A stretch of 64,000 nt of DNA. Origin: an uncultured cyanobacterium (GTDB lineage: Bacteria; Cyanobacteriota; Cyanobacteriia; Pseudanabaenales; Pseudanabaenaceae). A model generated the notes under the pieces. That model worked only from the letters and a program-made list of their open reading frames with translations, ran no database searches and was not told the origin of the DNA. Below, one piece after another: positions 19,293 through 30,993 of this stretch. The DNA lies in the NCBI GenBank assembly GCA_963703315.1, contig OY969811.1, positions 3,232,001 through 3,296,000 of the forward strand, written 5' to 3'. The position numbers and the translations under genes were made by a program. Numbering within the stretch: the first letter of the stretch is position 1; every line of letters begins with the position of its first letter.

Positions 19293-21938
19293 ATGACTGA
19301 AATTTTAGAAGATCGGATTATTCCCACAGACCTGCGCGGCGAAATGTCGCGATCATATTTGGAATATGCCATGAGCGTGATCGTTGGTCGCGCCCTGCCC
19401 GATGCCCGTGATGGACTCAAGCCTGTACACCGTCGCATTCTCTACGCCATGCACGAGTTAGGTTTAAGCGCCGATCGCCCTTTTAGAAAATGCGCCCGTG
19501 TCGTCGGTGACGTAATCGGTAAATATCATCCTCACGGCGATACGGCAGTGTATGAAGCACTGGTACGGATGGCACAGGACTTTTCGATGCGCGATCGCAT
19601 GGTCGATGGTCATGGTAACTTCGGCTCAGTCGATAACGATCCTCCCGCCGCGATGCGATATACCGAATGTCGCCTGACCCGCATTGCTCAGACAGGCATA
19701 ATTCAAGATATCGAGCGTGATACGGTTAACTTTGGCGATAACTATGATGGTTCGCAGCAAGAACCTCTGGTGATGCCAGCGCGGATTCCCCAGCTTTTGT
19801 TGAATGGCTCGTCAGGTATTGCTGTGGGGATGGCGACCAATATTCCACCGCATAATTTAGGTGAGTTAGTCGATGGCTTAGTGGCACTGATCGCTGATCC
19901 TAATCTCAGTGATTTGGACTTAATGCAATATATTCCAGGTCCTGACTTTCCGACTGGAGCTTTAGTATTGGGTACGGAAGGTATCCGCGAAACCTATACA
20001 CAGGGACGTGGTTCAGTCACCATGCGATCAGTGGCAAGTTTTGAGACTATTTCGGCAGCAGGACGACAGGATCGTGAAGCAATTATCATTACGGAAATGC
20101 CTTACCAGACTAACAAGGCATCACTGATCGAACGCATGGCGGAAATGGTCAATGAGAAAAAACTTGATGGCATTTCTGATATTCGTGATGAAAGCGATCG
20201 CGATGGGATGCGATTAGTAATTGAACTAAAGCGTGATGCTTATCCGAAGGTAGTCCTGAATAATCTTTACAAATCCACACCTTTGCAATCGAACTTCAGT
20301 TGCAATATGTTGGCGTTAGTGGATGGCGAACCTGTCACACTGACTCTACGCCATGCCTTGCAAGTATTTCTAGACTTCCGTTATGAAGTGATTACCCGTC
20401 GTACTCAGTACGAACTTCGCAAAGCTGAAGAACGCGATCATCTATTGCAAGGTCTATTAATCGCTCTGAATCATTTAGATGCAGTAATTGCCTTGATTCG
20501 GGGAGCCGATGATAGCAGCGCTGCAAAAGCAGGATTGATTGAGAACTATGGACTTTCAGAAGCGCAGGCTGATGCCATTTTGGCAATGCAATTGCGCCGC
20601 TTGACTGCTCAGGATGCTGACAAAATTCATGATGAGCATAATCAGTTAGTCGAGAAGATTGCTGACTTACAGCATATTCTGGCAAATCGCGATCGCATTC
20701 TCACGATTACTCGCGAAGAACTAGAAGCAATCAAAGCCGAATTTGCGACTCCACGCCGTACGCGCATTCTTCCTAATGAAGGTGATATTGATACTGCGGA
20801 TTTGATTGCCAATCGCGAAACGATTGTGATGGTGACAGAACAAGGCTATGTGAAGAGAATGCCTGTGGACACATTCACGGCTCAAAATCGGGCCACACGC
20901 GGTAAGGCAAGTGCCAATGTCAAGGATGACGATGCGATCGCCCATTTCTTTGCCTGTCGCAGTCATGACAAGGTTCTCTTCTTTACTGATCGCGGTAAAG
21001 TCTATGGAGTCAAGGCTTACGAAGTGCCTGAATCAGGTCGGGCAGCGCGTGGTACAGCAGTAGTTCAACTATTACCGATCGCTGCCAATGAAAAAATCAC
21101 TACCGTTTTACCGATTAGTGAATTCAGCGAAGATGAATATCTAGTCATGCTCACGGCTGGCGGCTATATCAAAAAAACTAAGCTTCCTGCCTTTGCGAAT
21201 ATTCGTTCTAACGGACTGATTGCGATCGCTTTAGAAGAAGGTGATTTATTACGTTGGGTACGCCGCGCTAAAGCCGATAACACGATTATCGTTGGTTCAC
21301 GTCAGGGGATGTCGATCCGCTTCCGTACTGATCACGAGCAGTTGCGCCCAATGGGACGAGATACTCGTGGTGTGCGATCGATGCGTCTGACGGGTGATGA
21401 TGAAATTGTGAGTATGGATATTCTCCCCGCAGGTTTAGCGGAAATCGAAGAGGTTGAAGACTCCGAAGAAGAGATTGATTTGACCGTGACTGTCAATGAA
21501 GATGAAAACTTGGAAGCTGAGACTGCCGAAGTTGAAACCGAAAAAGCTCAAGGACCTTGGGTATTGGTGGTAACTAGAGGCGGCTATGGTAAGCGCGTTC
21601 CTGTCAATCAATTCCGTATTCAAAAACGAGCAGGTAAAGGTTTGCGTGTCACCAAGTTCAAATCTGGTCAAGATCAACTCGCCTCGCTCTGTTTAGTCGA
21701 TGAAAATAACGAACTGATGATTGTCACCAGTCGCGGCATTGTCATGCGTCAAAGCACCGATGCGATCGCCCGTCAGTCTCGTACTGCCAGAGGTGTTCGT
21801 CTGCAAAGGCTGGATGCATCAGATGCGATCGTGGGCGCAACTCTAGTGCCTCCTGCCTTGGAAGAAGAGGTTGAAGAAGTGGAAATCCAAAGTGGTGATG
21901 GGTTAGCCACAATTGTGGAAGAAATTACTGAAGATTAG
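19293..21938 (+). CDS. gyrA: DNA gyrase subunit A
   Basis: [41 protein letters not shown], GyrA-box-like QNRATRG, beta-pinwheel repeats and acidic tail. Confidence 0.96.
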   Translation: MTEILEDRIIPTDLRGEMSRSYLEYAMSVIVGRALPDARDGLKPVHRRILYAMHELGLSADRPFRKCARVVGDVIGKYHPHGDTAVYEALVRMAQDFSMRDRMVDGHGNFGSVDNDPPAAMRYTECRLTRIAQTGIIQDIERDTVNFGDNYDGSQQEPLVMPARIPQLLLNGSSGIAVGMATNIPPHNLGELVDGLVALIADPNLSDLDLMQYIPGPDFPTGALVLGTEGIRETYTQGRGSVTMRSVASFETISAAGRQDREAIIITEMPYQTNKASLIERMAEMVNEKKLDGISDIRDESDRDGMRLVIELKRDAYPKVVLNNLYKSTPLQSNFSCNMLALVDGEPVTLTLRHALQVFLDFRYEVITRRTQYELRKAEERDHLLQGLLIALNHLDAVIALIRGADDSSAAKAGLIENYGLSEAQADAILAMQLRRLTAQDADKIHDEHNQLVEKIADLQHILANRDRILTITREELEAIKAEFATPRRTRILPNEGDIDTADLIANRETIVMVTEQGYVKRMPVDTFTAQNRATRGKASANVKDDDAIAHFFACRSHDKVLFFTDRGKVYGVKAYEVPESGRAARGTAVVQLLPIAANEKITTVLPISEFSEDEYLVMLTAGGYIKKTKLPAFANIRSNGLIAIALEEGDLLRWVRRAKADNTIIVGSRQGMSIRFRTDHEQLRPMGRDTRGVRSMRLTGDDEIVSMDILPAGLAEIEEVEDSEEEIDLTVTVNEDENLEAETAEVETEKAQGPWVLVVTRGGYGKRVPVNQFRIQKRAGKGLRVTKFKSGQDQLASLCLVDENNELMIVTSRGIVMRQSTDAIARQSRTARGVRLQRLDASDAIVGATLVPPALEEEVEEVEIQSGDGLATIVEEITED

Positions 21939-21942
21939 AATC

Positions 21943-21978
21943 TATAAAAAAGACGATGCAAGGCATCGTCTTTTTTAT
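21943..21978. terminator. Palindrome between convergent genes; probable bidirectional terminator
   Basis: ataaaaaagacgatgc-aag-gcatcgtcttttttat. Confidence 0.75.
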
Positions 21979-23178
21979 TTAACCTTTCATTTTTTCTTTC
22001 ATATCTTTTGCTGCCAATGTATAGCCACCATCGGCTCCATCGACGAAATGTACTTGACGACCATCACGCTCAAATACCAAACAAGTCATAAGCACACGAT
22101 TAGAAATATGAAAGCCATATACTAAGCGCCCTTCTTGAAATTTTTTCTCTAAATAATCAATTAATTTTTGGCGTTGTCGTGTTTTTCCAGAGATAACCAT
22201 TCGCAGCATATCATCAAACTTTTTGAAGTCAGTCGCCTCTGCGACGATCTGCTTGTAATCCCCCCAATTCAAATCACCAGTCTTAATATTAAAGGTCATC
22301 AAAATCAAACCGATGAAGTTGATCAGACGCAACTTCCATATATACAAAGCTTTCTCTAGCCAACTCTTAGATGGATTAAAAACTCGCGTCTCAGACAATA
22401 AGTTCTTTTCTCGAAAAGAAAGCTGCAAGTTCTCCGATACAACAGGATGACATTCTGTACCTTGACCATAAATGCGCTCAATTTGATTAATCACTTCGCG
22501 ATAGAAATTATCAATTTGACTCTGACTTGGTGCGGTCACACATATAATCAAACTAAGAATCTCTTCATGCCTTGTCAGAATATCTTGCCAACGACATTCT
22601 AAGCCTGAAAAATCACCGATCGCATAGGGATTTTCAAACTTAGGACTATATAAATCAGTGGTTGCTTTATCCTTAACCAAGCGTGTCGCGTAGCTAATAC
22701 CACCCCCTCTGAGAATGGCTTGGACATAGTTATCAGAAATCCGCAACTTGGCAACTTGAATTTCATAGCTCGATATAATTGCCGCGATCGGCACAATGCC
22801 TATTCGCAAGGTGAGATTAAATTCATCGGCGGCTAACTTTTTGACTGCTAGTAATGCTTGCTCTGCGTCTGAGATAAATCTTGATGGAATTAATAGGGAC
22901 GCTCCATCACCACCAAATACAAAAGGAATTTCCAAATCGCCAACAACATTCAAAATTACAATAATGGAACAAGCGCCCAAGAGATTAATATCTTTATACT
23001 TTCCAGACTCAATTTCTTTAGTTGATTCAGCAATATCCGTAATGATCACTACCCAGTCTTTTGGCACTGCGTAAAAGTTCTCGCTATTAGTAATGTCTAC
23101 AAAATTCTCCAGAATAGGTAGATTCGCATAAAAATCTTCACTATCGGTATTCTTTTGTTGAAATCCTTGAATACTCAT
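21979..23178 (-). CDS. DUF3095-family protein (nucleotide-cyclase-like fold)
   Basis: ITDIAEST..I..GKYKDIN, PFVFGGDGA, SGLECRW, DFKKFDD.LRMV, HFVDGADGGYTLAA. Confidence 0.88.
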   Translation of the reverse strand: MSIQGFQQKNTDSEDFYANLPILENFVDITNSENFYAVPKDWVVIITDIAESTKEIESGKYKDINLLGACSIIVILNVVGDLEIPFVFGGDGASLLIPSRFISDAEQALLAVKKLAADEFNLTLRIGIVPIAAIISSYEIQVAKLRISDNYVQAILRGGGISYATRLVKDKATTDLYSPKFENPYAIGDFSGLECRWQDILTRHEEILSLIICVTAPSQSQIDNFYREVINQIERIYGQGTECHPVVSENLQLSFREKNLLSETRVFNPSKSWLEKALYIWKLRLINFIGLILMTFNIKTGDLNWGDYKQIVAEATDFKKFDDMLRMVISGKTRQRQKLIDYLEKKFQEGRLVYGFHISNRVLMTCLVFERDGRQVHFVDGADGGYTLAAKDMKEKMKG

Positions 23179-23207
23179 AGCTAGACTCCTAAAATGAGAA
23201 TGAACGG

Positions 23208-23298
23208 TATAGCTAGTCGCATTAGGACAATTAGCGAGTGGTGGTGTGAAATGTCCCCACCCACCTTATATTTTTCGTCTTAATTAAGGCTGACTATA
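23208..23298. repeat. Degenerate family C mini-element
   Basis: tatagctagtcgcattaggaca ... gtcttaattaaggctgactata, similar to the 1642-1750 shell. Confidence 0.55.
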
Positions 23299-23446
23299 TT
23301 TCTCTTAATTCTATCAATGTAGAGATAGGTGGAAGTAACCGCCAAGTGGCTGCTATTTACACTCTTTTGATAACAACATTAGAATGTGAAGACCGCTATA
23401 CTAAAAAATGTTTCGGGTAAGTTACATAAATCTTAAAGGTGTCGCC

Positions 23447-24052
23447 ATGACCCAAGCCTTAATCCGCCCTACCACATCTAACGAACAAGATCGCGATCAA
23501 CACCTCATCTATTCGGGTATTACTTGGGAGCAGTTTAAGCTCATCCAAGCAGGTTTTGCTGATTCCAATAGAGTAAGGCTTTTTTATTACCAAAATACCA
23601 TCGAAATTCTCATGCCAGGATATGCCCACGAATTCTATAAAACAATTATTGGTTTCCTAATCGAACTTTTTTGCTTAGAAAATAATATTGAATTTGAGCC
23701 AACTGGTTCCATGACTCAACAGCATGAGGGAGAAGTTTCTGTTGAGCCAGATGAATCCTATTGTTTTGGAACATCAAAGCCCACTCCTGACCTAGTAATC
23801 GAAGTGATCTTTACTAGCGGTAGTCCTAAGAAACTACAACGTTATCAAGCTTTAGGGATTCCTGAAGTATGGTTTTGGCAAGATGGTGTATTTAGTCTCT
23901 ATCGTTTACGCGATCGCACCTATGAAGTGATTTCCCAGAGCGAAATTCCAGAGCTTGCAGGTTTAGATATAGATTTATTAACTCGCTGTGTCTCAATGGC
24001 ACAAACTTCACGATTAGAAGCAGCAAATACATTCCGTAATGCTCTCAAATAA
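23447..24052 (+). CDS. Uma2 (DUF820) family endonuclease-like protein
   Basis: ITWEQF, LMPGYAHE, EPDESY, PDLVIEV, YQALGIPEVWFW. Confidence 0.92.
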   Translation: MTQALIRPTTSNEQDRDQHLIYSGITWEQFKLIQAGFADSNRVRLFYYQNTIEILMPGYAHEFYKTIIGFLIELFCLENNIEFEPTGSMTQQHEGEVSVEPDESYCFGTSKPTPDLVIEVIFTSGSPKKLQRYQALGIPEVWFWQDGVFSLYRLRDRTYEVISQSEIPELAGLDIDLLTRCVSMAQTSRLEAANTFRNALK

Positions 24053-24089
24053 AAAAGAGGTAGTGCAAAGCACTACCTCTTTTTTATTT
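24047..24089. terminator. Palindrome between convergent Uma2 and guaA
   Basis: aaataaaaaagaggtagtgc-aaa-gcactacctcttttttattt. Confidence 0.75.
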
Positions 24090-25747
24090 TATTCCCATTC
24101 AATAGTGCCGGGTGGCTTAGACGTAATATCTAGTACCACGCGATTGACACCTTCCACTTCATTGACAATGCGATTGGAAATAGTTTCCAATAGGTCATAG
24201 GGAACCCTTGCCCAATCTGCGGTCATGCCATCTTCACTAGTGACCAAGCGCAACACAATCGGATGTGAATAGGTACGTTTATCACCCATCACGCCAACAC
24301 TGCGAACAGTGGGTAGAAGCACCGCAAAAGCTTGCCATAAATTATTGTATTGACCTGCACGATTGATTTCTTGGCGCACAATTAGATCAGCATCGCGCAA
24401 AGTATTCAGGCGATCGCTCGTAATTTCACCAATAATCCGAATCGCCAACCCAGGACCGGGGAAAGGCTGACGCTTGACAATCTCTTCAGGAAGACCAAGG
24501 GCAGTACCAACCTTCCGCACTTCATCTTTAAATAATTTGCGAAGAGGTTCTACTAGCGTAAACCGTAGATTTTCAGGCAAGCCACCCACATTGTGATGAC
24601 TCTTGATTTTGACCGCTACACGTTTACCTGTAACAGGATCAGCATTAGTGTCCGCCGACTCAATTACATCAGGATAGAGTGTCCCTTGCGCTAGAAAATC
24701 AAAAGGTCCTAAACGGCTTGATTCTTCTTCAAATACATTAATAAACTCACCACCGATAATCTTCCGTTTCCGTTCAGGATCAGTAACTCCTTTCACTTTT
24801 TCAAGAAATCTTTCGCGGGCATTGACATACTCAACATGAATATGGAACTGTTCTTCAAAAAGCTTGACCAGACGCTCTGGTTCTAACTTCCGCATGAAGC
24901 CTTGATCGATAAACATACAGGTGAGTTGATCGCCGATCGCCTTATGCAATAAAAACGCCAAAGTAGAAGAGTCTACGCCACCTGAGAGAGCTAGCAATAC
25001 ACGGCGTTCTCCAACTTGGGCGCGAATTTCCCGAATAGAAGTTTCAATGAAAGCATCGGTAGTCCAACTTGGTTCACATTTACAAATGTGATAGACAAAA
25101 TTACGAATCATTGCCATGCCACCTGTGGAATGGACAACTTCAGGATGGAACTGCACACCATAAAGATTTTTGGTGTGATCGGCGATCGCCGCACAGGGGG
25201 TATTCGCTGTATGCGCTAAGATTTCAAATCCCTGTGGTAGCTTAGTTACCGAGTCACCATGACTCATCCACATGGTTACGCCTGTATCCACATTGGTGAG
25301 CAAATCAGTGGGATCATCAATTTGTAATTCGGCTTTACCATATTCCCCATGATCAGCGCGATCAACAGTTCCGCCGAGTTGTTTTGCCATCAATTGCATT
25401 CCATAGCAAACGCCTAAGATCGGAATACCTAGATTGAAAATTTCAGGATCGCATTGAGGAGCGCCTTCATCGTAAACAGAGTTTGGACCACCTGACAAAA
25501 TGATCCCTTTAGGATTAAGTTTCAGCAAACTTTCGGCTGACGTATGATAACTGAGAACTTCAGAATATACTTGTGTCTCACGGATACGGCGAGCAATTAG
25601 CTCAGAATATTGAGAACCAAAATCGAGAATGGCAATCATGGAACGACTAGTTATATTGTCTGTGGTACTATCAGAATTGGGGCTGGAGGAAAGCGCACCT
25701 TCAAGATTTAGTACGGCATTCGATGATGTTGGAGGGGAAGAAACCAC
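24089..25747 (-). CDS. guaA: GMP synthase (glutamine-hydrolysing)
   Basis: [52 protein letters not shown] start at 25747 is a guess. Confidence 0.97.
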   Translation of the reverse strand: MVSSPPTSSNAVLNLEGALSSSPNSDSTTDNITSRSMIAILDFGSQYSELIARRIRETQVYSEVLSYHTSAESLLKLNPKGIILSGGPNSVYDEGAPQCDPEIFNLGIPILGVCYGMQLMAKQLGGTVDRADHGEYGKAELQIDDPTDLLTNVDTGVTMWMSHGDSVTKLPQGFEILAHTANTPCAAIADHTKNLYGVQFHPEVVHSTGGMAMIRNFVYHICKCEPSWTTDAFIETSIREIRAQVGERRVLLALSGGVDSSTLAFLLHKAIGDQLTCMFIDQGFMRKLEPERLVKLFEEQFHIHVEYVNARERFLEKVKGVTDPERKRKIIGGEFINVFEEESSRLGPFDFLAQGTLYPDVIESADTNADPVTGKRVAVKIKSHHNVGGLPENLRFTLVEPLRKLFKDEVRKVGTALGLPEEIVKRQPFPGPGLAIRIIGEITSDRLNTLRDADLIVRQEINRAGQYNNLWQAFAVLLPTVRSVGVMGDKRTYSHPIVLRLVTSEDGMTADWARVPYDLLETISNRIVNEVEGVNRVVLDITSKPPGTIEWE

Positions 25748-25862
25748 AGTAGATACCTCTATCTTAATGAGATAGCATTTAATGAGACAGTAAGACTTTC
25801 GCTGCGAAAAAGTAGCTATTCGTACAATGCTAGCAAAACCGTACGTCTTTATGGTGAAAAAA

Positions 25863-26504
25863 ATGCATAAAAAAATGATGATAGCGATCGCATTGTTACC
25901 AGTTTTGGGACTACCATCATGGACAATTGGCGACACTAATTGGATTTCCCATCCTTCTAATTCATCAAAAATTTCATCAAAGATGATTGATAATTTCCTG
26001 ACACCTTCAGCAGAGGCAGTTCAATTGCGCGATGGTAAAACCTATTTTGTGCAATTACCCATGCTTCTAGAAGCGGAAACAACTGTAAATCGGATTTATG
26101 CCCGTAGTGCCACCTATTACTTTGTCATCGCTCTACCTCAAAATATGGGAGAACCTTTACAAAAGCTAGAAATTAATCAGACAGAAGGATTTGAGCCGAT
26201 TGCTTTTATTAGCAATGATACTCGTACCTATCTACAGCCACCTTCGGGGGATCGGGTTATCGTCTCCAGTAAAACTGAGATTTTGCCAAGTCAAGATCGC
26301 GATAAAGTGATGATTACTTTCGATCCCCCCATCCCTGCAAGTAATGCACCGAATAGTCAACTGATCATTGGACTGCGACCTGTTCATAATCCTCGCTATG
26401 AGGGAGTTTATCTATTTGGTGTAACCGCAATTCCTCAAGGAAATCAGCCACACTCACAATTTCTAGGCTATGGAAGATTGAGCTTCTACGACTCCCGCTA
26501 TTAA
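25863..26504 (+). CDS. DUF2808-family secreted protein
   Basis: Signal peptide, [38 protein letters not shown].....FLGYGRL. Confidence 0.82.
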   Translation: MHKKMMIAIALLPVLGLPSWTIGDTNWISHPSNSSKISSKMIDNFLTPSAEAVQLRDGKTYFVQLPMLLEAETTVNRIYARSATYYFVIALPQNMGEPLQKLEINQTEGFEPIAFISNDTRTYLQPPSGDRVIVSSKTEILPSQDRDKVMITFDPPIPASNAPNSQLIIGLRPVHNPRYEGVYLFGVTAIPQGNQPHSQFLGYGRLSFYDSRY

Positions 26505-26602
26505 AAGCTAGAAATACTGCGAAGTGCTGTTTCTGGCTTTTATGTCCTAAAAGATTGACGTTTGCTATACACTATTGGCAGATATTAACTAGATATTTCA
26601 CT

Positions 26603-27067
26603 ATGACCTTCACAACAGAATCGCCAATACCTACTGTAGAAGCAGAATCTAGTTTTGCACCTCCTACTAATCACATTGTGCAGACAATCCAAACTGTCAT
26701 CGCCAGTATGGATGCGGATAATACGGCTCTGGAAAATCAAACAGAGGATACATGGAAATTTCAATATGGCACGGTAGAAGTAGTTGTTAACATCACAGGA
26801 ATTGAACCTAGTGATACATTTACGGTGTTTTCGTCGGTATTAACTGCACCCTTCAAAGATGAAGCAAAGCTTACCCGTTGGCTTTTAGAAAAAAATGCTG
26901 CGGATACTTTTGAAGCGCGGTATGCGATCCAAAATGATCAAGTACTAGTTTTGGCTTCGCGCTCTGTCGAAGATCTTTCTCCTGCGGAAATTTCTCGCAT
27001 CATCACAATTGTGGCAGCGATCGCTGATGATAATGATGAATTTTTACATGAAAATTTTAAGTCTTAA
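26603..27067 (+). CDS. YbjN/CesT-like chaperone-fold protein
   Basis: WKFQYGTVEV, LLEKN, RSVEDLSPAEISRIITIVAAIADD. Confidence 0.8.
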   Translation: MTFTTESPIPTVEAESSFAPPTNHIVQTIQTVIASMDADNTALENQTEDTWKFQYGTVEVVVNITGIEPSDTFTVFSSVLTAPFKDEAKLTRWLLEKNAADTFEARYAIQNDQVLVLASRSVEDLSPAEISRIITIVAAIADDNDEFLHENFKS

Positions 27068-27143
27068 TCCTAATTTCAAAAGCACCCAAAGGGTGCTTTT
27101 GCGATTGGCTTGATCTAAAACTTATGCTCTCGACTATACCAAC

Positions 27144-27851
27144 ATGAATAAATCATGGCAGCTTATTCCCTATTCCGAGACATCGGGCAAGCTGCAAATG
27201 GATTTAGATAATTCTTTACTCGATCGCCATAGTCAAGATCCTCAATCACCATCAATTTTAAGATTTTATCGTTGGACACCACCAGCGATTTCGCTAGGTT
27301 TTCACCAAAAACAATATCCTGAGTCTTGGGATGTGATCGCGAGTCAGCAGCATCTCGATATTGTGCGTCGTCCTAGTGGGGGGCGAGCAGTCTTACATAA
27401 AGGGGATTTGACTTACGCAGTAATTACGAGTGTTGATAGTATTGATATAAGTGGCAAAATGCGATCGCACCGTGAAGTTTATGAATATATCTGTGAGTTT
27501 TTAATCCAAGGTTTTAAAGAATTAGGAATCTCGCTCACCTATGGACGGTCAGGGCGAGGTTATATTCATAATCCTAGTTGTTTTTCCACTGCCACTAATG
27601 CTGACTTAGTGATCCCCGATGGGCGTAAATTGATTGGTAGCGCTCAGGTCTACCGCCACAATTCAGTGTTACAACATGGGTCGATCGCGATCGCACCAGA
27701 TCATCAGTTATTAACAGACCTATTTCAAGCAGAAGTTCCGATTGTTGGATATCAAGAACTAGTGCAGAATTCTGCTCAAAATTTGCTTGCTGAACTCATA
27801 AAAGTTTTATCTGAGGCGGCGAGGAAGCACTTTCAAGCGGAGTTCTTGTAG
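27144..27851 (+). CDS. Lipoate-protein ligase A / octanoyltransferase family protein
   Basis: [44 protein letters not shown]. Confidence 0.9.
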   Translation: MNKSWQLIPYSETSGKLQMDLDNSLLDRHSQDPQSPSILRFYRWTPPAISLGFHQKQYPESWDVIASQQHLDIVRRPSGGRAVLHKGDLTYAVITSVDSIDISGKMRSHREVYEYICEFLIQGFKELGISLTYGRSGRGYIHNPSCFSTATNADLVIPDGRKLIGSAQVYRHNSVLQHGSIAIAPDHQLLTDLFQAEVPIVGYQELVQNSAQNLLAELIKVLSEAARKHFQAEFL

Positions 27852-28421
27852 TTCTTGATCGGTCAAGTTACGCCATTGTCCAACCGCAAGATCATCTAAG
27901 CGTAAATGGGCGATCGCTACCCGTATCAGTCGCAAAGTCGGAAATCCTACGGCTGCTGTCATCTTGCGTACTTGACGATTTTTCCCTTCCGTTAAACTCA
28001 TTTCAATCCATGCCGTCGGAATATTTGCGCGAAAGCGAATTGGTGGATCGCGCGGCGGTAAATCTGGCTCTGCATCCAATAAATTCACAATTGCAGTTTT
28101 AGTTCGATAACCTTGAATAGTCACGCCTTCTCGCAATGTTTGCAAAGCATCTTCAGTGGGAATACGTTCCACTTGTACCCAATAAGTGCGCGAGTGTTCA
28201 AACTGGGGATCGATTAAGCGATGTTTTAATTGTCCATCATTAGTCAGCAGCAATAATCCTTCGCTATCAAAATCCAATCTCCCTACGGAATAAACATCAG
28301 GAATATCAATATATTCTTTTAAAGTCGGACGTGGCGATGTGCTGTCATCAGTAAACTGACAGAGAACTCCATAGGGTTTATAGAAAATAATATATTTGGG
28401 AATATATTGGCGATCGCGCAT
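27807..28421 (-). CDS. rRNA pseudouridine synthase (RsuA/RluE type)
   Basis: [51 protein letters not shown]. Confidence 0.93.
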   Translation of the reverse strand: MRDRQYIPKYIIFYKPYGVLCQFTDDSTSPRPTLKEYIDIPDVYSVGRLDFDSEGLLLLTNDGQLKHRLIDPQFEHSRTYWVQVERIPTEDALQTLREGVTIQGYRTKTAIVNLLDAEPDLPPRDPPIRFRANIPTAWIEMSLTEGKNRQVRKMTAAVGFPTLRLIRVAIAHLRLDDLAVGQWRNLTDQELQELRLKVLPRRLR

Positions 28422-28472
28422 AAGTTTTTAGAAGAATAAAAAAGCTCGCAGTGCGAGCTTTTTTATTCTAAT

Positions 28473-29021
28473 CTAGCGCTGAGGAGTTCCAAATACCTGT
28501 ACCCAATAATGTCGATATGGTGAATTTGGGGCATTTGCATAGCCAAATCCAATCTCAGTAAATTTGCTGTTGAGAATATTAGCGCGATGCCCAGAACTAT
28601 TCATCCACTGGCGAACTGTACCTTCGGGCGTTGCCCTACCTGCGGCAATATTTTCACCTAGAGCCGAATACTTATAGCCAGAAGCTTTAGCACGGTCTAC
28701 CATACTCAACCCATTCAGCCCTGTATGGCTAAAATATCTCTTGTCTGCCATATCCAGTGAATGCGCCTGAGCGGCTCTAGACAATTGCGAAGACAACTTT
28801 AAAGGAGGTAAACCGACCTTTTGGCGTTCAAGGTTTGTCAACCTCAGTAACTCAGTTTCAAAATTAACCCGCCCTGTATTTTGACTTATATTGCGAATAG
28901 ATCGTTTTGGTAAAATTTGATTTTGGTAGGTGGTTACAGAGGCTGCATCTAACTCAGGTGCGATCGCGACTGCTCCCCCAAACATCAAAAGACTACAACA
29001 AACTAAAAAAGTCGATTTCAT
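28473..29021 (-). CDS. CAP (SCP-like) domain secreted protein
   Basis: TNLERQKVGLPPL, AQAHS.DM...YFSH, GENIA.G, WMNSSGHRANIL. Confidence 0.92.
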   Translation of the reverse strand: MKSTFLVCCSLLMFGGAVAIAPELDAASVTTYQNQILPKRSIRNISQNTGRVNFETELLRLTNLERQKVGLPPLKLSSQLSRAAQAHSLDMADKRYFSHTGLNGLSMVDRAKASGYKYSALGENIAAGRATPEGTVRQWMNSSGHRANILNSKFTEIGFGYANAPNSPYRHYWVQVFGTPQR

Positions 29022-29213
29022 ACATCTATTTCAGGAATTTGTCAATATATCCGTATTTATTGACTTTGTACTTAATTTAAGGGTTCCCATATTACGAAAA
29101 GAAAATTACAGAATTCAAAAAATTTGAATTTTAAAACCTATGATAGTTTGCAGATTGTCTACGACAAACTACAAAAATTCTTCTTTGTCTTGGTTTACAT
29201 TTTTTATATTATC

Positions 29214-29412
29214 TAAGTATCTCAGCATAATTAAAACCCAGATCTAAAACCTGTGGCGCACGCTGCGCGTGCGTCACAGGTTTTAGGGTTTTATATTTAA
29301 TTAAGCCTACTTACTTATAGCGTTTTACAGTCTAGTGAAGTACGGGATCGTTTCCCTACTAAAGGTAGGAAAACGATCATCTATACCTAGCTTGCTGGAA
29401 GAGTGCTGTATA
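29214..29412. repeat. Family B element (29214-29317) joined through TA to a family A element (29316-29412)
   Basis: taagtatct...aaaacctgtggcgcacgc-tgc-gcgtgcgtcacaggtttt...tactta, then tatagcgttttacagtctagtgaagta...cctact-aaa-ggtagg...gtgctgtata. Confidence 0.85.
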
Positions 29413-29458
29413 CCAATGTAAAAATTTTAGATATGCAAAGAACATTAGGCATCGCAAA

Positions 29459-30217
29459 ATGACAGAAAATCAAGAATATAAACCTATTGGTTGTGCGGAA
29501 TGTACACAAGGTGCTGGGCTAGGCTTTGACTTTACAATGGCATTTCAGCCAATCGTTAATACTACTACCAAAGAAATTTTTGCCCAAGAAGCTCTAGTGA
29601 GGGGAATCCATGAAGAGCCTGCGGGGGAGATTTTAGGGCGCATTAATGATGATAATCGTTACCGCTTTGATCAAGCTTGCCGTGTTAAAGCGGTTCAACT
29701 AGGAGCAAAGTTAAATATAAAATCTTTTGTCAGCATTAATTTCTTACCCAACGCGGTGTATCGTCCCGAATTATGCATTCGTACAACCCTTGAAGCCGCC
29801 TCAACCTTTGGGTTTCCTGTTGACCGCATTATCTTTGAGATTACAGAAGGAGAAAAAATTAAAGATCACGGGCATCTACGAGAAATCATCCAATATTATA
29901 GAAAACAAGGTTTTTTAACGGCGATCGATGACTTTGGTGCAGGTTATTCAGGTCTAAACCTGTTAGCTGAATTCCAAACAGATTTAGTTAAATTAGATAT
30001 GGGCTTAATCCGTCATATTGATCAAAATAAAGGTCGTCAGGCGATCGTCAAAGGGATTATTCAAGTATGTAATGAGTTAGAGATTAAAGTGATTGCGGAA
30101 GGGGTGGAGACTTATGAAGAGCTAAGTGTTTTGCAAGCCCTCGGCATTGAGCTTTTTCAGGGATATTATTTTGCCAAGCCCAAATTTCAAGGTTTAGCAA
30201 CTATAAATAATCTATGA
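29459..30217 (+). CDS. Stand-alone EAL-domain c-di-GMP phosphodiesterase
   Basis: FQPI, EALVRG, SINF, FEITE, IDDFGAGYS, KLD, AEGVE, QGYYF. Confidence 0.93.
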   Translation: MTENQEYKPIGCAECTQGAGLGFDFTMAFQPIVNTTTKEIFAQEALVRGIHEEPAGEILGRINDDNRYRFDQACRVKAVQLGAKLNIKSFVSINFLPNAVYRPELCIRTTLEAASTFGFPVDRIIFEITEGEKIKDHGHLREIIQYYRKQGFLTAIDDFGAGYSGLNLLAEFQTDLVKLDMGLIRHIDQNKGRQAIVKGIIQVCNELEIKVIAEGVETYEELSVLQALGIELFQGYYFAKPKFQGLATINNL

Positions 30218-30221
30218 CATT

Positions 30222-30278
30222 TCCAAACCCCAAAAAGAGTTGCGGCGCTTCGCGCCGCAACTCTTTTTGGGGTTTGGA
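30222..30278. repeat. Perfect 27-bp-arm palindrome, TTC/GAA loop
   Basis: tccaaaccccaaaaagagttgcggcgc-ttc-gcgccgcaactctttttggggtttgga. Confidence 0.9.
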
Positions 30279-30372
30279 GATATATCACTCTATTTATAGA
30301 TGACGATCCCCCTGTGTCAACCTACTGTGAGGTATCTATAGATTAGAAAAACGTAGAATTCAAGTATTAAAC

Positions 30373-30555
30373 ATGATTCATCAATTAGCAGTTCGCTTAG
30401 GTGTGTCGTGTGTGCTGCTCGCAACCTTGCCCCTCGCTACAGACGAAATCGTTAAGTATGTGCAAGCCCCTCATATTTTTTCAGGCATTGGTGCGATCGC
30501 CTCATGTATCGGAGCCTGTGTTCCAGTTTTAACTCTATTCCGTAATTCTGATTAA
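30373..30555 (+). CDS. Small hypothetical protein with two hydrophobic segments
   Basis: 60-aa ATG ORF filling the gap; its stop forms one end of the palindrome 30552-30586. Confidence 0.45.
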   Translation: MIHQLAVRLGVSCVLLATLPLATDEIVKYVQAPHIFSGIGAIASCIGACVPVLTLFRNSD

Positions 30556-30582
30556 CAAAAAATTTACTGCGTAAATTTTTTG

Positions 30583-30957
30583 TTAACTCCAGCGTCCAAT
30601 CACAATTCTGACCGTCCCATCTTCTAACACTTCTTGTTTCTCGATCTCAAAGCCCTGTTGAGTTGCACTCTGTAAAACCGTTTTTGTAGCATATTGCTGG
30701 TTTAGCTCTCCTAAAAACTCTTCGATCTTCAGAGCCACGCCCCAGAAATCGGCAATTACCTCATAACGATCGCCGATTCTCCGAAACCCAATATCGTAAC
30801 CATTGGGCATGGGGATCACATACTCAGCGATCGCGGTATTGCCAAGATAGCCACGCACTAAGGTATTTTGCTTTACGGGATAGCCAATCTCTTCTAAGGC
30901 TTGTTGCAGCAAGTCACCATTTTTGATTTCAATCGCAATCGTAGTGAAGTGGGACAT
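30583..30957 (-). CDS. ycf35: DUF1257/Ycf35-family protein
   Basis: MSHFTTI, VRGY.G, GYDIGF, IADFWG, QQYA. Confidence 0.85.
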   Translation of the reverse strand: MSHFTTIAIEIKNGDLLQQALEEIGYPVKQNTLVRGYLGNTAIAEYVIPMPNGYDIGFRRIGDRYEVIADFWGVALKIEEFLGELNQQYATKTVLQSATQQGFEIEKQEVLEDGTVRIVIGRWS

Positions 30958-30993
30958 AAAATTTAAGAATAAAGAGAGCGCGTTGCGCTCTCT

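Noticed and set aside
21435..21550. Acidic insertion in the GyrA C-terminal domain as a possible intein
   Set aside because: Too short, no Cys/Ser start or His-Asn end; a low-complexity acidic loop.
25748..25936. Long N-terminal extension of guaA overlapping the divergent DUF2808 gene
   Set aside because: No GuaA similarity; an artefact of longest-ORF calling.
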